Source of the DNA: a virus
Virus record (IMG/VR): IMGVR_UViG_3300037852_000186
Coordinates: 1-64,000 of that record
DNA: 64,000 bases
Strand: one strand, 5' to 3'
The position numbers were made by a program, and so were the translations under genes. Positions 28,685 to 38,336 of this stretch are shown here, piece by piece. The notes beneath the pieces are model-generated. The model saw only the letters and a program-made list of their open reading frames with translations, had not been told where the DNA came from and ran no database searches. Numbering within the stretch: the first letter of the stretch is position 1; every line of letters begins with the position of its first letter.

Positions 28685-29415
28685 CCTGCCCTCGTGATTG
28701 TCGCGGTAGAAACGTTGCCGATATTCCCCGGTGGTGCCGCCGTTGGACCGCTGCCTACCAACGCACTAACGCCCGGTCGTGAATACGGTGTGGGGCTATA
28801 CATAACGCCTGCCGTCACGCCTGCGTTGTTGAGTCCAGTGATAACATTCGCTGGTGCAAGGTTGTGCGGCCCTATTGGTAGATTAGGATTGTAGACAGTT
28901 GGACTACCTACAGTCGTGGTTGTGACGTTGCCGACGTGAGTAACGGTCGTGAGGTTTGCGCCCGTGCCTGTGGTTCGCACAATTCCTGGCGGCGGTGTAG
29001 CGCGGCGCGGCGGTGCTAGCGGGTCGAACTCCGCTCCTTGCACCCATTCGGCCAATTCAATCTTTGCCGATATCGCGATAAAGCTGCCGTCGCCCGCAAG
29101 TTGCTGATGCGTTTCTTCGATGCTCTCGATCACGAAATAGCCGCGATGCACTCCGTTGCCGAACACGAGCGCCCGAGCTTGATGATCTTCTGCCGCTTTG
29201 CGGAGGCGGTTCATCTGTGTTGCGGGATTCGTGAACTTGATGTGAAAGCCCAGCTCAAGCGATATTTTCTGTAACTCAAGCGCCATCCACTGTAAGCGGG
29301 GCCGCGCCTCAACAACCTTATGCTCGGCGTAGTGGTAATCCGTCATTGAGCGGAACGACTCGGGCGAAGTAAGCACCTCAAATACAATCTCGCCTAAGAT
29401 GGCAAAAGTGGACAT
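28681..29415 (-). CDS. gpU: P2 GpU-family tail tube initiator with a C-terminal extension
   Basis: FAILGEIVF, YAEH.V....PRLQW, LVFGNG...GYFVIESI. Confidence 0.88.
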   Translation of the reverse strand: MSTFAILGEIVFEVLTSPESFRSMTDYHYAEHKVVEARPRLQWMALELQKISLELGFHIKFTNPATQMNRLRKAAEDHQARALVFGNGVHRGYFVIESIEETHQQLAGDGSFIAISAKIELAEWVQGAEFDPLAPPRRATPPPGIVRTTGTGANLTTVTHVGNVTTTTVGSPTVYNPNLPIGPHNLAPANVITGLNNAGVTAGVMYSPTPYSRPGVSALVGSGPTAAPPGNIGNVSTATITRAG

Positions 29416-29421
29416 TGATAC

Positions 29422-29904
29422 TTAGAGCCTATTCGATCTAACGCAATGGTTGTTACGTCGTCTTCGTCGATTCTCGGTAATAGAGCGACGTATGTCGGAC
29501 GCGTGCCGCACGATGTTGAATTGGCTTAGCCCAGATATGCCATCTTGAGGCAGCTTGCGAAGCTCCGTGCGAATCCAATTAGGTTCCAGTGAACTACCGT
29601 CAGCATGACATAAGTAGTCGCATACTTGTTCTAAGCTGAACGGGGATTCGTAGTTGCCGAATAGCCACTTATTGGCTTCGACTTGTAGTCGGACTCGATG
29701 CGCGACTGTCCACGTTCCCTTGCCGATCCAGCATCGCAAAGCGTCTTCCAACAGCGCGGCCATCAGTTTGTGTTCAGGCGTAGGTTCGTGCGACCGCAAC
29801 ACAATGTCGTAAAATTGCGAGGGTAGAAGCGCGTCGTTGGCCATCATTGGATTGTGGTCCAGTGATAGGTAGGGCGCTCCTTCCGCGTATCCAATATCAG
29901 TCAT
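29422..29904 (-). CDS. Hypothetical protein (LLPSQF...PE..LM.A.LEDA family)
   Basis: LLPSQFY, PEHKLMAALLEDALRC, WLF...PFSLEQVCDYL. Confidence 0.65.
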   Translation of the reverse strand: MTDIGYAEGAPYLSLDHNPMMANDALLPSQFYDIVLRSHEPTPEHKLMAALLEDALRCWIGKGTWTVAHRVRLQVEANKWLFGNYESPFSLEQVCDYLCHADGSSLEPNWIRTELRKLPQDGISGLSQFNIVRHASDIRRSITENRRRRRNNHCVRSNRL

Positions 29905-32299
29905 AACGCAACCGCGCCTCTCGGCCTAACTTGTTCTTAACGATTCTAACAATGTGATCCGCGTGTTTATTAAGATCCTCGGGGGTGGCGCCGTGAATGG
30001 TCGGAGCGTAGTGGAGATTGATAGTGACGCCAGCACTGCCCGCAGCGCTCGCTGGCGTGTGACGCATGACGCTGTTGACGTAGTCGCTATCAACGCCGTG
30101 GCTGCGGACCCAGCCTTCGCCCTGATGCCAAGCAGAAAGCGCTTTATTGATGTCTCCACCGAACTCGGGCATGTACTTGCCAAAAATTACCCTGTTGGCG
30201 ACATCGGTGCTCGTCCCCATCGACATCGCTTGCTCAGGTGTCACACCCCAGGTCTGGCGGAAGCCGCGAGTCATCTGAAAGGGGCCGATGGCGCTACTCG
30301 CAGGGTTAGTTAGCATCTTGCCGTAGCTGCTTTCGGTGCCCATCAGACCGTGGAGAATTCTGTCGGCACCAACCCCCGCAAAGGATTTGATTGATTGCCA
30401 AGCTTGGTGCATAGATCCACCAAGCGTTTTTGATAGAGCGTTACCTAGCAGCGAAGACGAACGCAGAATCGCCTCAGCGATAGTCTCGACAATTGTTATA
30501 TTCTCAAGGTCTTGTAGTGGTCCTTCCTTTACTGGCGAGTGCGGGAAGAAGCCCATGATCTTCTTCCCTACCGCCTTGAGAACATCGGAGAGATTGAATT
30601 CGACGGCGTGAAGGATTCCGCGTCCCAACTCTGTTATTATCCGCCCGCCGAAATGATACATCTCTGGGATGAAATCAAGAATTACGTAACGTATTGATTT
30701 TGTGATGCCTTCTACTGCTGTGCCCAAAAAAGATAGTGCATTGTGAGTTTCTACGATGGCAAGCGAAGATGTGCCACCCGCAGCGTCGGGAGCTTTGATG
30801 CTTGCCCAGAGAGATTTAATATCAGCCCAGTGTTCGTAGATTTCATACGAGGCAACTACGATTCCCGCAATGATAGCGACTGGCCAAGCGATAGTAAGGA
30901 GCGCGGCGCTAAATCCCTCGGTGGCTACTGTCAGGCCCTCCGTAGCCCCGGTGGTGATAACTTCGGCGGTTCTCATCCACTCGATGATTTTGCCGGTGAG
31001 CTTTATTGCTTCCCCACCGAGAATCATGGTAGCGCCAAGAGCGTTCATGGCTTGCATGGCGCGATACAGGCCGGACCCCAAGAGTTGGATACTACCAGTA
31101 GCAAGGCCAGCTACTATTGAATGGTGCTCGGTAGCGCCCGTAAGGCGTGTTATCGCTTTGGTGAGTTCATCGGTTAAGTAGGTTTCCGTAGGAAGGGCTG
31201 GGGTTGTCAGAGCATCGCCGAAGTTGCTCCACGCTTGGTGAAGCTTCGTGGTGGCGTCCTTCATGTTGTCTGTGGCAGTAGTATATTTCTTTTGCAACGT
31301 GCCTGACGAATCAGCAACTTGCCCTTGAGATTTAACCATCTCGTCGTAATGAGCGAGCAGGTTAACCATTGCCACGGGGTTGCTAATGCCTAGAGCTGCT
31401 GCTCGTTGAATTTCGTCTCCGCTCAGTTGTTGCAGCATCTCGTCTTGCTTTTTAGCAGACAGATGGTAGAAGTTTTCGGGGAGGATTACGTTGCCACCAA
31501 TTTGATCTTTTAACTGTTTAAGTGCGGAGAACAAACCGTGCGTGAAATCAAGAGCTACTTTGCCCTGTTCCGATGCCTTGATGAGTTGAGGAATCATGGC
31601 ATTGAGCATCATCGTGCCACGCCCGCCCCCCATCAGTCGCGATGCTTCACCAGTCAACGCAATAGTTTCCGAGAGCGGAGAATTAGATAGTGCTGCGCTT
31701 GCCCCTAGCTTGGCCACGGCCATAGAAAATTGGCCGACTTTGTCTGGTGCAATAGCGTAGACTTCAACTGCTTTAGCAATTTCGTCGCCCGTAGTCTTTG
31801 CATCAGTACGTTGATTAGACCAGGAGACTTGCATGAGATTGGTAACAGCGTCGGTCGCGATCCCTAATCGGCCTAGCTCTGCCGCGATGTCCTCCGCTTG
31901 CATAGCTTTGGCCGTATCATGGTAAACTCCCTGGAAACGAGTAAAGCCCGCGATCCATTCTTCCGCTGTAGTGCCTGGATGTGTATCTGAAAATGCTATT
32001 GCAGCTTCTTTTAGCTTGGTAAGTTGCTCGCCTGCGAGTCTAGTAGTTGCAGCCATGGTCGCCATCGCATGCTCCATATCGATGGCGGGTTCCGTGATGC
32101 TTGCTCCCAGTTCACGGAGTTGCGAAATCCCTTCTGAGGCGAGTCCGCTTGCCAGCGCCAGTCTCTCACCCGCGTTGATTAAAGCTTCGCCGGTTCCCTT
32201 GACTCGCTCGGTCAGCGTATTAAAGCGTTTGCCGATATTATCGACAGTGCCGCTAAGGCTGTCGATTGCTTTAAATACTACTGCGAACGGGAGTTCCAT
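29897..32299 (-). CDS. Tail tape measure protein with C-terminal lytic transglycosylase (SLT-like) domain
   Basis: Helical Ala-rich 800-aa ORF after the chaperone; TESS...SSAIGPFQM...FGGDINKALSAWHQG. Confidence 0.88.
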   Translation of the reverse strand: MELPFAVVFKAIDSLSGTVDNIGKRFNTLTERVKGTGEALINAGERLALASGLASEGISQLRELGASITEPAIDMEHAMATMAATTRLAGEQLTKLKEAAIAFSDTHPGTTAEEWIAGFTRFQGVYHDTAKAMQAEDIAAELGRLGIATDAVTNLMQVSWSNQRTDAKTTGDEIAKAVEVYAIAPDKVGQFSMAVAKLGASAALSNSPLSETIALTGEASRLMGGGRGTMMLNAMIPQLIKASEQGKVALDFTHGLFSALKQLKDQIGGNVILPENFYHLSAKKQDEMLQQLSGDEIQRAAALGISNPVAMVNLLAHYDEMVKSQGQVADSSGTLQKKYTTATDNMKDATTKLHQAWSNFGDALTTPALPTETYLTDELTKAITRLTGATEHHSIVAGLATGSIQLLGSGLYRAMQAMNALGATMILGGEAIKLTGKIIEWMRTAEVITTGATEGLTVATEGFSAALLTIAWPVAIIAGIVVASYEIYEHWADIKSLWASIKAPDAAGGTSSLAIVETHNALSFLGTAVEGITKSIRYVILDFIPEMYHFGGRIITELGRGILHAVEFNLSDVLKAVGKKIMGFFPHSPVKEGPLQDLENITIVETIAEAILRSSSLLGNALSKTLGGSMHQAWQSIKSFAGVGADRILHGLMGTESSYGKMLTNPASSAIGPFQMTRGFRQTWGVTPEQAMSMGTSTDVANRVIFGKYMPEFGGDINKALSAWHQGEGWVRSHGVDSDYVNSVMRHTPASAAGSAGVTINLHYAPTIHGATPEDLNKHADHIVRIVKNKLGREARLRYD

Positions 32300-32328
32300 T
32301 AGACAAACACGCGGATATGTGTTATCGT
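32300..32328 (+). promoter_or_regulatory. Sigma70-like promoter for an antisense moron gene
   Basis: TAGACA-17 bp-TATCGT with TG extension, 9 bp before ATG 32338. Confidence 0.45.
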
Positions 32329-32337
32329 GCAGCTATA

Positions 32338-32523
32338 ATGAAACTTGAAAAATGCAAAACCTGCGGCGGGCAAGTTGGCGGCATGTCGTTAACGTGTCCG
32401 CACTGCGGAGAGTTACACCCCACTCTTACGTTTTGGCAGGCGATTAAAACGTTGGCAACGCTCGGGGCGATTGTTGTAGTTCTTGGGGGCTTGTTCATAG
32501 GTTGTTGCTTACTGTTGCCCTGA
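32338..32523 (+). CDS. Zinc-ribbon membrane protein (moron)
   Basis: CKTCG..CPHCG plus C-terminal TM helix. Confidence 0.65.
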   Translation: MKLEKCKTCGGQVGGMSLTCPHCGELHPTLTFWQAIKTLATLGAIVVVLGGLFIGCCLLLP

Positions 32524-32597
32524 TCGCGTTAAGATTTCCTGCATTCTGGCCTTGAACGCCTCAATGGCTCCACTAAATCCCGGCCACGGTTCTTCTC

Positions 32598-32758
32598 TCA
32601 ACTGCTCTTGCGTAGGTGCTCCGCTCTCACCTGATGAATCTTGCTGATCGTCTCGAACCACGATTTAAGCTCACTGGTCGTCATTTCGTAGAGTTCGGAA
32701 TAGTGGAAACCCCATTCAATGAGGAGGGCGAAGGCTGTTCGGTCAAGGGCAAAAAACC
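32598..32758 (-). other. Programmed -1 frameshift site (T TTT TTG) and E' extension
   Basis: GGT TTT TTG at 32750-32758; -1 frame reads FALDRTAFALLIEWGFHYSELYEMTTSELKSWFETISKIHQVRAEHLRKSS, stop at 32598. Confidence 0.8.
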
Positions 32759-33013
32759 TTCTTCCGCTGTCGCCTCCTTAGAGAGCTTGTCGATGTCCAA
32801 CGACCACAGCTCTTCGATGTCTTCCATCACGCAGGGCTCGCCATCCAGCTCGGTTATTTGCGCGAGCATGGCGCATACGTACTTGAATCTGTTCGTGGTG
32901 GTCGCGATATCTTCCGCTCGAATCAGGTGGCCGCCGCGAGGGCGATGAATGGTGGCGACTGTGCCGTCACTGAGCGTGATGGTTTTTACTTGATCTGGTG
33001 CTCTGCGTTTCAT
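32681..33013 (-). CDS. gpE: Tail assembly chaperone (P2 gpE/FluMu gp41-like)
   Basis: Between tube and tape measure; RPRG.HL..A, EDIEEL...D..KL. Confidence 0.82.
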   Translation of the reverse strand: MKRRAPDQVKTITLSDGTVATIHRPRGGHLIRAEDIATTTNRFKYVCAMLAQITELDGEPCVMEDIEELWSLDIDKLSKEATAEEGFLPLTEQPSPSSLNGVSTIPNSTK

Positions 33014-33022
33014 GATGTTGTT

Positions 33023-33544
33023 CTAGATCGCGCCGACATTCGCTTTAAAACCGAATAAGCGGTCTGTCCCCGCAACGGTATAGATGTTAGCAAACACGTC
33101 GTACAGGAGATGTTGGACGCCAGCTATGATGTATTCGCAGTGGTACACAATTAGAGTACTCGGGAAATCGACGTTCTCGTGTTGCTTGAAATTGAGCGGC
33201 CCGCCGTCTTTGAACTGCGCCGTCATCAGACCAATGAATGGCACTTCCTGTGTGCGTCCTTGTGAAGTGTATACTTCTTTGGATGCGCGAATTTGAAATT
33301 GATGCGAGTCGAAGATACTCATGGAATTGAGCACTTCACCGTATATCGAGATCCATTTGATCTTCGCTTCGAGCTTGTCGATACCTACGGGTATCTCGGC
33401 AGTGCCAGCCATGCCGAGCCCCTTGTGGTCGATAGTCTTGGCTTTGGGCCACGCGAGTTCTACTTCTTCGGCGCGACCTAACAGGGAAGTGCCATCAAGG
33501 TAAATATTCGCGTTGTGGACCGACGAGACATTAATCAGGGCCAC
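33023..33544 (-). CDS. Major tail tube protein (P2 FII-type)
   Basis: NANIYLDG.SLLGRAEEVEL, GIDKLEAKI.W, DVFANIY.V.G.D. Confidence 0.92.
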   Translation of the reverse strand: MALINVSSVHNANIYLDGTSLLGRAEEVELAWPKAKTIDHKGLGMAGTAEIPVGIDKLEAKIKWISIYGEVLNSMSIFDSHQFQIRASKEVYTSQGRTQEVPFIGLMTAQFKDGGPLNFKQHENVDFPSTLIVYHCEYIIAGVQHLLYDVFANIYTVAGTDRLFGFKANVGAI

Positions 33545-33558
33545 GACCGTTTCTCCTT

Positions 33559-35718
33559 TTACTGTGCTGCGGTAGTAGCCGCCCCAGTTAATTGCGCCAG
33601 CAGGTTCTGGTCAATAAAGACGTTGAAGGTGAGCCGTTCAGCGGGGGGTGGCGGCATACAGTCTATATCGAAAACCAAATGGCCGGCCGCGGTTTCGGAA
33701 GGGGGATTTTCGGCGGGATTATATGTAGCAGTACCAGCGACCAGCGCTCCGCGTCCAATTAAGGTACGCAGAAAGCTATTGGCGCTGGCAAGAATGGTGG
33801 TGATGAGGGAGTTACTAATCGGCTGATCCAAAAATTGCATCATCGACAGCATCACGCTCTGTTCGATGACATCCATAGTGCGGCGAATCGGGATAAATAC
33901 GTCAGGCGTGGTGTTGGATGGGAAGCCCGCGCTGCGATTGCCCCACACGCGCAGACCGGTGCCGAAGGCTTGGAACGCTGTCACGATGCCCTGTGAGTTA
34001 AGCACGTTGGTATCGCTGGCCGCGTCGATGAAGCTCGCGTAAATGTTCGTGTCTGGTCCGAGCATGCCGAATATCTGCGTGTTCGACGGCGACCACCAGT
34101 AGCCTTGTGCGAGGTCTTTTGCAGAGGTCGCGCCAGCTACCCAAGGGCTGAAAGGTCCGCTGTGCGTTACGTTCGCGATGGTCGCTACTGCATTGCCGCT
34201 GATTGGGTCGATGCCTATGCTGTTCGGTACGACGCCGCTGTCGAGAAATAGTTCTTGTGGGCCGCAGAGGATCGCGCGCTTGTCGCTGGTATTAAACGAA
34301 TTGCCAGAGGCCCCGCGATTACTGAGCAACGTGGCTGGTGCTGTAAGGGGTGGGCAATCGACGAAGTACATTGCGCGCATTGCAAAAGCGACAGTTGCCA
34401 TTCCAGCGGATACGGTTGCATCTTGAGACCCTACGGTTTGTCCAGTCGGGATATAGGTTCCGAAACTCGGGGCAATTAGGAGTTTCGGGAAGAAACCCAT
34501 CAGATTGTAGCTGAGCTTCCACGCCTGCATTCCTGTGTAGACGTTGCTGGCGACGGAGCCGACGAGGTCAGAGTCCACCAGCTTACTTGGATCGGTGTAA
34601 TTGCATGTGATTTTGATTGTTTGGCCTGCCACAAGCAGCCCGCCACCAATAGCTTTGACAATTCCGTTAACTCTATCGACGGTAAAATCCGCACCTTCAA
34701 CATAGGTAGTAGAGACCGCACTATTTGTAATCTTGATCGTGGACAGCCCCATGTGGCCGACGTTGATCGCTTGAGAGCCCGAGGCCGGGAAGGTATAAGA
34801 CACAGCCGTAAGCGTTGAAAAATGTTTGGTTTGGTCGAAGACATTGACCGCGATCACTTGCCCTGCGCCCTGTGCAAAGACTTGATTAAGCGCATAGGGA
34901 ATCGTGAAACCCTGAATCATCGGGCCGAAGGTGCCGGATTGGCCGGGTGCTAAGGAGTTCGGATTCGAGCCGGCGACGAGCATTGGCGTTTGAAGGTTCG
35001 CGATTGGTCCTTTCGCGGTTAAGGTCCAGGTAACCGTTCCGGTAGCCGTCGCAATCGTGTCCGCTGTGGTGGCGCCGACAGTAGTTGCCCAGCTTGGCGC
35101 GGCTGTGGCGCTCGTTATGGCCGCCTTGCCTATCGCGACTAGCGTCCAGATGACTCCATTGTCGGTAGGCGAGGCTGTGCCGAGTGTGGTTGCCCAAACT
35201 GGAGGTGCACCGCCCGAGGTGCCAGCAGTCGTGCAGCGCTGGGTATTTCCATTCGAATCTAAGACTAAATAGCCAACAACGTATGATGTGCCGAGTACCC
35301 AGACTGGTAGCACGATTCCGGTCGCGGTCTGAATATTGCCATTCGCGTCAATGCACTGCTGACCAGCCGCCGCGCCGATTGCCGAGAGAGTCCAGACTAC
35401 AGAACCGTCACTAACAGTAGAACCGATCGTGCGGCCCCAGGCTGGCGTTGCGCCGTTCGTGGTGCCAGGGGTGGTACATTTCTGAGTGTTGCCGTTTGAG
35501 TCGAGGAGAAGATTGCCGACTACTTGCGCGGTGTTGGGACTCCATGCGGCGGCGGCTTGCACTAACCACGAAAGATCCCAAAGTGGTATCGCACCGGGGA
35601 CGGCGAAGAGCGGAGCAGAGCCGACTAGCCCGATGACTGCGCTGTTAACGACGGTTATCGGCGTTGGACCTATCGCGAATTCAAATGTCTCTACGCCATG
35701 AAGGAAACTAGCAGGCAT
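33559..35718 (-). CDS. Tail sheath protein (P2 FI-type) with inserted accessory domains
   Basis: MPASFLHGVET, SAVIGLVG.AP, GYWWSPSN, LN..GI, G.R.WGNRS, PPPPAERL.F. Confidence 0.95.
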   Translation of the reverse strand: MPASFLHGVETFEFAIGPTPITVVNSAVIGLVGSAPLFAVPGAIPLWDLSWLVQAAAAWSPNTAQVVGNLLLDSNGNTQKCTTPGTTNGATPAWGRTIGSTVSDGSVVWTLSAIGAAAGQQCIDANGNIQTATGIVLPVWVLGTSYVVGYLVLDSNGNTQRCTTAGTSGGAPPVWATTLGTASPTDNGVIWTLVAIGKAAITSATAAPSWATTVGATTADTIATATGTVTWTLTAKGPIANLQTPMLVAGSNPNSLAPGQSGTFGPMIQGFTIPYALNQVFAQGAGQVIAVNVFDQTKHFSTLTAVSYTFPASGSQAINVGHMGLSTIKITNSAVSTTYVEGADFTVDRVNGIVKAIGGGLLVAGQTIKITCNYTDPSKLVDSDLVGSVASNVYTGMQAWKLSYNLMGFFPKLLIAPSFGTYIPTGQTVGSQDATVSAGMATVAFAMRAMYFVDCPPLTAPATLLSNRGASGNSFNTSDKRAILCGPQELFLDSGVVPNSIGIDPISGNAVATIANVTHSGPFSPWVAGATSAKDLAQGYWWSPSNTQIFGMLGPDTNIYASFIDAASDTNVLNSQGIVTAFQAFGTGLRVWGNRSAGFPSNTTPDVFIPIRRTMDVIEQSVMLSMMQFLDQPISNSLITTILASANSFLRTLIGRGALVAGTATYNPAENPPSETAAGHLVFDIDCMPPPPAERLTFNVFIDQNLLAQLTGAATTAAQ

Positions 35719-35745
35719 TAGTATGTACTCCCATTGACTAAGTGC

Positions 35746-35774
35746 TTGACGGCGCGTCGATACCGTGCAAGACT
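35746..35774 (+). promoter_or_regulatory. Possible promoter for the antisense HNH gene
   Basis: TTGACG-17 bp-AAGACT (TG-extended), 9 bp before ATG 35784. Confidence 0.4.
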
Positions 35775-35783
35775 GTCGGTAGA

Positions 35784-36446
35784 ATGAACACATGCGCTGC
35801 CTGCCATCAAGAGAAACCCATCGTCGCTAAAGGTCTCTGCAAGCGCTGCTACAGCGCGCAATGGCGTGCTGAGCACCTTAACGCGGCTCGTGCCTATGCC
35901 GCCTCGTACCAGCGCGAATGGCGCGCTAAGCATCCTGAAGAGTACGCGGAAGCGGAACGCGCTCGGCACGCCCGTCGAGTTGCCGCCGATCCCGAAGGGA
36001 TGAAAGCTGCCGCTAAAGAGCGCAGCCACAAGCATTATTTGAATAACAAGGAAGACGTGAAAGAACGCGCCCGTCTTTGGCATTTGGCCAATATCGAAAA
36101 AGCCAGAGAAGCCTGTCGCCGCTGGCGCGCTGCTCATGGTCGTGAATGGTATTTGAAATGGAAAGCAGAGCATCCAGAAGAATACCAACAACACTCCAGC
36201 GCTCATCGCCTTCGTATGCGAATCGCCGAAGGGCATTTCACGGTCACAGATATCCAACGCATCTTCGTGGAACAAGGCGGTTTTTGCGCTAATCCAGCGT
36301 GCGACGAGTCGCTTGAAGCTGAGTACGATATCGACCACAAGATTCCGCTCAGTCAGCCAGGGACTAGCAACTGGCCGCACAACATTCAGCTTCTCTGTCC
36401 GCCCTGCAATGGTCATAAGGGAAATCGCATCGACCTCGGCTATTAA
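35784..36446 (+). CDS. HNH endonuclease (antisense to the late operon)
   Basis: GLCKRCY; helical basic repeats; DIDHKIPL...NIQLLCPPCN..KG. Confidence 0.88.
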   Translation: MNTCAACHQEKPIVAKGLCKRCYSAQWRAEHLNAARAYAASYQREWRAKHPEEYAEAERARHARRVAADPEGMKAAAKERSHKHYLNNKEDVKERARLWHLANIEKAREACRRWRAAHGREWYLKWKAEHPEEYQQHSSAHRLRMRIAEGHFTVTDIQRIFVEQGGFCANPACDESLEAEYDIDHKIPLSQPGTSNWPHNIQLLCPPCNGHKGNRIDLGY

Positions 36447-36639
36447 TCGTCATCCATGCCGTATCGAAGTGCTGCAGCGGGTTTAAGAATAATATCTACA
36501 AGCGCAGAGCTAACCTTTGAGTGAGTTAGGATTTGATAAATACTCGTCGCCGCCCGTGACAGTCTGCTCGGATGAGCGTTCGGATAACCTGCCTCCAGCG
36601 CGATAACGATATCGCTAAGTCTCAGCTTGTTTTTCATTG

Positions 36640-36870
36640 CTAATACCGCCAGCCGTATCCGTGTCCAGGTGCTCCACCAAATCCCGCGAGTATGCCAGTG
36701 CAATTCAAAAACCATAACAACACGAGTAACCCGACCAGCAGCTTAATCAGCACCCACACCTGCGGCGGCAAAACCAGCATGGAGCTAAACGCCACCTGAA
36801 TAATGTAGAAGACGATTGCCAAGACAATTGCGATGATGATTAGACCAATCAGGCAGGGTATCAAGGCCAT
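36640..36870 (-). CDS. Small two-TM membrane protein (holin candidate)
   Basis: Two hydrophobic helices; adjacent to the lysozyme-like gene. Confidence 0.55.
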   Translation of the reverse strand: MALIPCLIGLIIIAIVLAIVFYIIQVAFSSMLVLPPQVWVLIKLLVGLLVLLWFLNCTGILAGFGGAPGHGYGWRY

Positions 36871-36875
36871 GCTCT

Positions 36876-37310
36876 TTACATCTCCTCTATGGCGGTAGTT
36901 TTTGCCTCAATCTCTGTCCAGCGCGCCGCATAGGGTATATCCCAACCAGTCCCGCGAATCTGGCCGTGAAGGTGGTAATCCATAGCGATAGCGATATCTG
37001 TGACTGCAGGATGCCTTACTAAGTAAGCGCGGACAAACTTGCGCACAGCAATCTCGTAAGCTTTATCCCACGTTAATTCCAGATACTTATCGTCATGGAT
37101 TAACGTACTAGGATCGACATTTGAGTCAGTGCCGTACACTAAGCAAACAAAATCACCAACAGTCGGCCCCCAGCTCAAATAGAATGAAGGGTGTTGTTGC
37201 CAGCGTCCGCAGGCGCAGCCGTGATCGCCCCATGCGTAAGGGTTGTTGGTACTCTCCACCTCCGCGAGAATGAGGACGAAGCGGTCTTCTCTGGACATCG
37301 TCATGGTCAT
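36876..37310 (-). CDS. Lysozyme-fold protein (endolysin candidate)
   Basis: VES...AWGD.G.A.G.WQ catalytic-Glu motif; exact start uncertain (37310/37304/37298). Confidence 0.6.
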   Translation of the reverse strand: MTMTMSREDRFVLILAEVESTNNPYAWGDHGCACGRWQQHPSFYLSWGPTVGDFVCLVYGTDSNVDPSTLIHDDKYLELTWDKAYEIAVRKFVRAYLVRHPAVTDIAIAMDYHLHGQIRGTGWDIPYAARWTEIEAKTTAIEEM

Positions 37311-37579
37311 CGACTTAGTCGCAGCAGGAGTGTATGTACCCGCAGCGCTCGCAAATGTGCTTGCCTCCGCTGCTTTTGCGCATCGCAGCCGCACACCACG
37401 GACAAGTCATGCGCGCCAGGGCCTCGTTCCCACCATTCGCTTGCGCATGGGCAATACGTTCGCCCGCTTCTTTTGTCGCCGTCTCTGCTTCCACACTTCA
37501 ATCGCGTAGCACAGCGCGTAGCCAATACTGATAGCGACGAGCATGATGCCAACGCCGATGCCCATTAGGAAGTCGGTGT

Positions 37580-37918
37580 TCATCGAACTGTAATCGCATG
37601 CGCCGTCCGAAAGAATGCGGCATAGTCAAGCACAAGCGGGTCGTCTTCGGGGACGGTCGTCTGAGTGCCGGGAATGATTGCGCGCCACGAAGCCGAGTAC
37701 GCTTTGCGGTAGCCCATACCGTTGGCGTTAGCGACTGGCCCGAGATAGAGTGTATCTGGCGAATAAGGTGGTAATGGCAAAGCGTGGACGGCAACGCTCA
37801 ACCAGAAGTCTTTATTCATCGACGGTACGCAATATAGATCGCGGCTCTGCGAGTAGAGGATCGTAACGAGCCGCTTGCCTTCGGGCTCTTTCTCTTCGTC
37901 GGGCTTTAGTTCATCCAC
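37580..37918 (-). CDS. Hypothetical protein, tandem paralogue of 37911..38336
   Basis: ILYS.S.D.Y, WLSVA.H.LP.PP, DD.LV.DY; start uncertain. Confidence 0.55.
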   Translation of the reverse strand: MDELKPDEEKEPEGKRLVTILYSQSRDLYCVPSMNKDFWLSVAVHALPLPPYSPDTLYLGPVANANGMGYRKAYSASWRAIIPGTQTTVPEDDPLVLDYAAFFRTAHAITVR

Positions 37919-38336
37919 GAGTGCTCGCCCCCTTTTGTGGCGCGTTCTGCGGCGCCGCAGGGCCACTTCTCGGAGTATGAAAAGCATCAACGCGAAGTTT
38001 GGTGGCCTCGCAGAGCGCTTCGTTGAGTCCTTGAATCTCTGTCCACGCTTCTTCTAATGACGGCGTCCACCACGCTGCTTCGCGATAATCTTTGACTAAC
38101 TCATCGTCCGCGCTGATGAATTTAGGCTGTGTGCCGTTTTGCGGCGTAACCGTACAAACGCGGTAATAGTCTCGGCCGCGAATGAGGCAGGCCATCGCCA
38201 CGCCAGGTCGATGCCATTCAGGCGGCACGGGCAGGGGATGCTTCGCGATGCTCAGCCAGATACCGCATTCGCGCACGCCGATGACGGCGTAGAAGTCGCC
38301 GCTTGAGCTGTAGACGATTTGTGTTTCTGCGCTCAT
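37911..38336 (-). CDS. Hypothetical protein
   Basis: IVYS.S.D.Y, WLSIA.H.LP.PP, DD.LV.DY; ATGA overlap. Confidence 0.6.
   Translation of the reverse strand: MSAETQIVYSSSGDFYAVIGVRECGIWLSIAKHPLPVPPEWHRPGVAMACLIRGRDYYRVCTVTPQNGTQPKFISADDELVKDYREAAWWTPSLEEAWTEIQGLNEALCEATKLRVDAFHTPRSGPAAPQNAPQKGASTRG

Noticed and set aside
11-35718. Interpretation as a stand-alone tailocin/eCIS locus
   Set aside because: Capsid, protease, decoration and terminase genes are intact and co-oriented; no eCIS AAA ATPase seen. It remains possible only as a consequence of portal loss.
35718-36416. 232-aa minus-strand ORF upstream of the sheath
   Set aside because: Antisense shadow of the plus-strand HNH gene, which has clear motifs.
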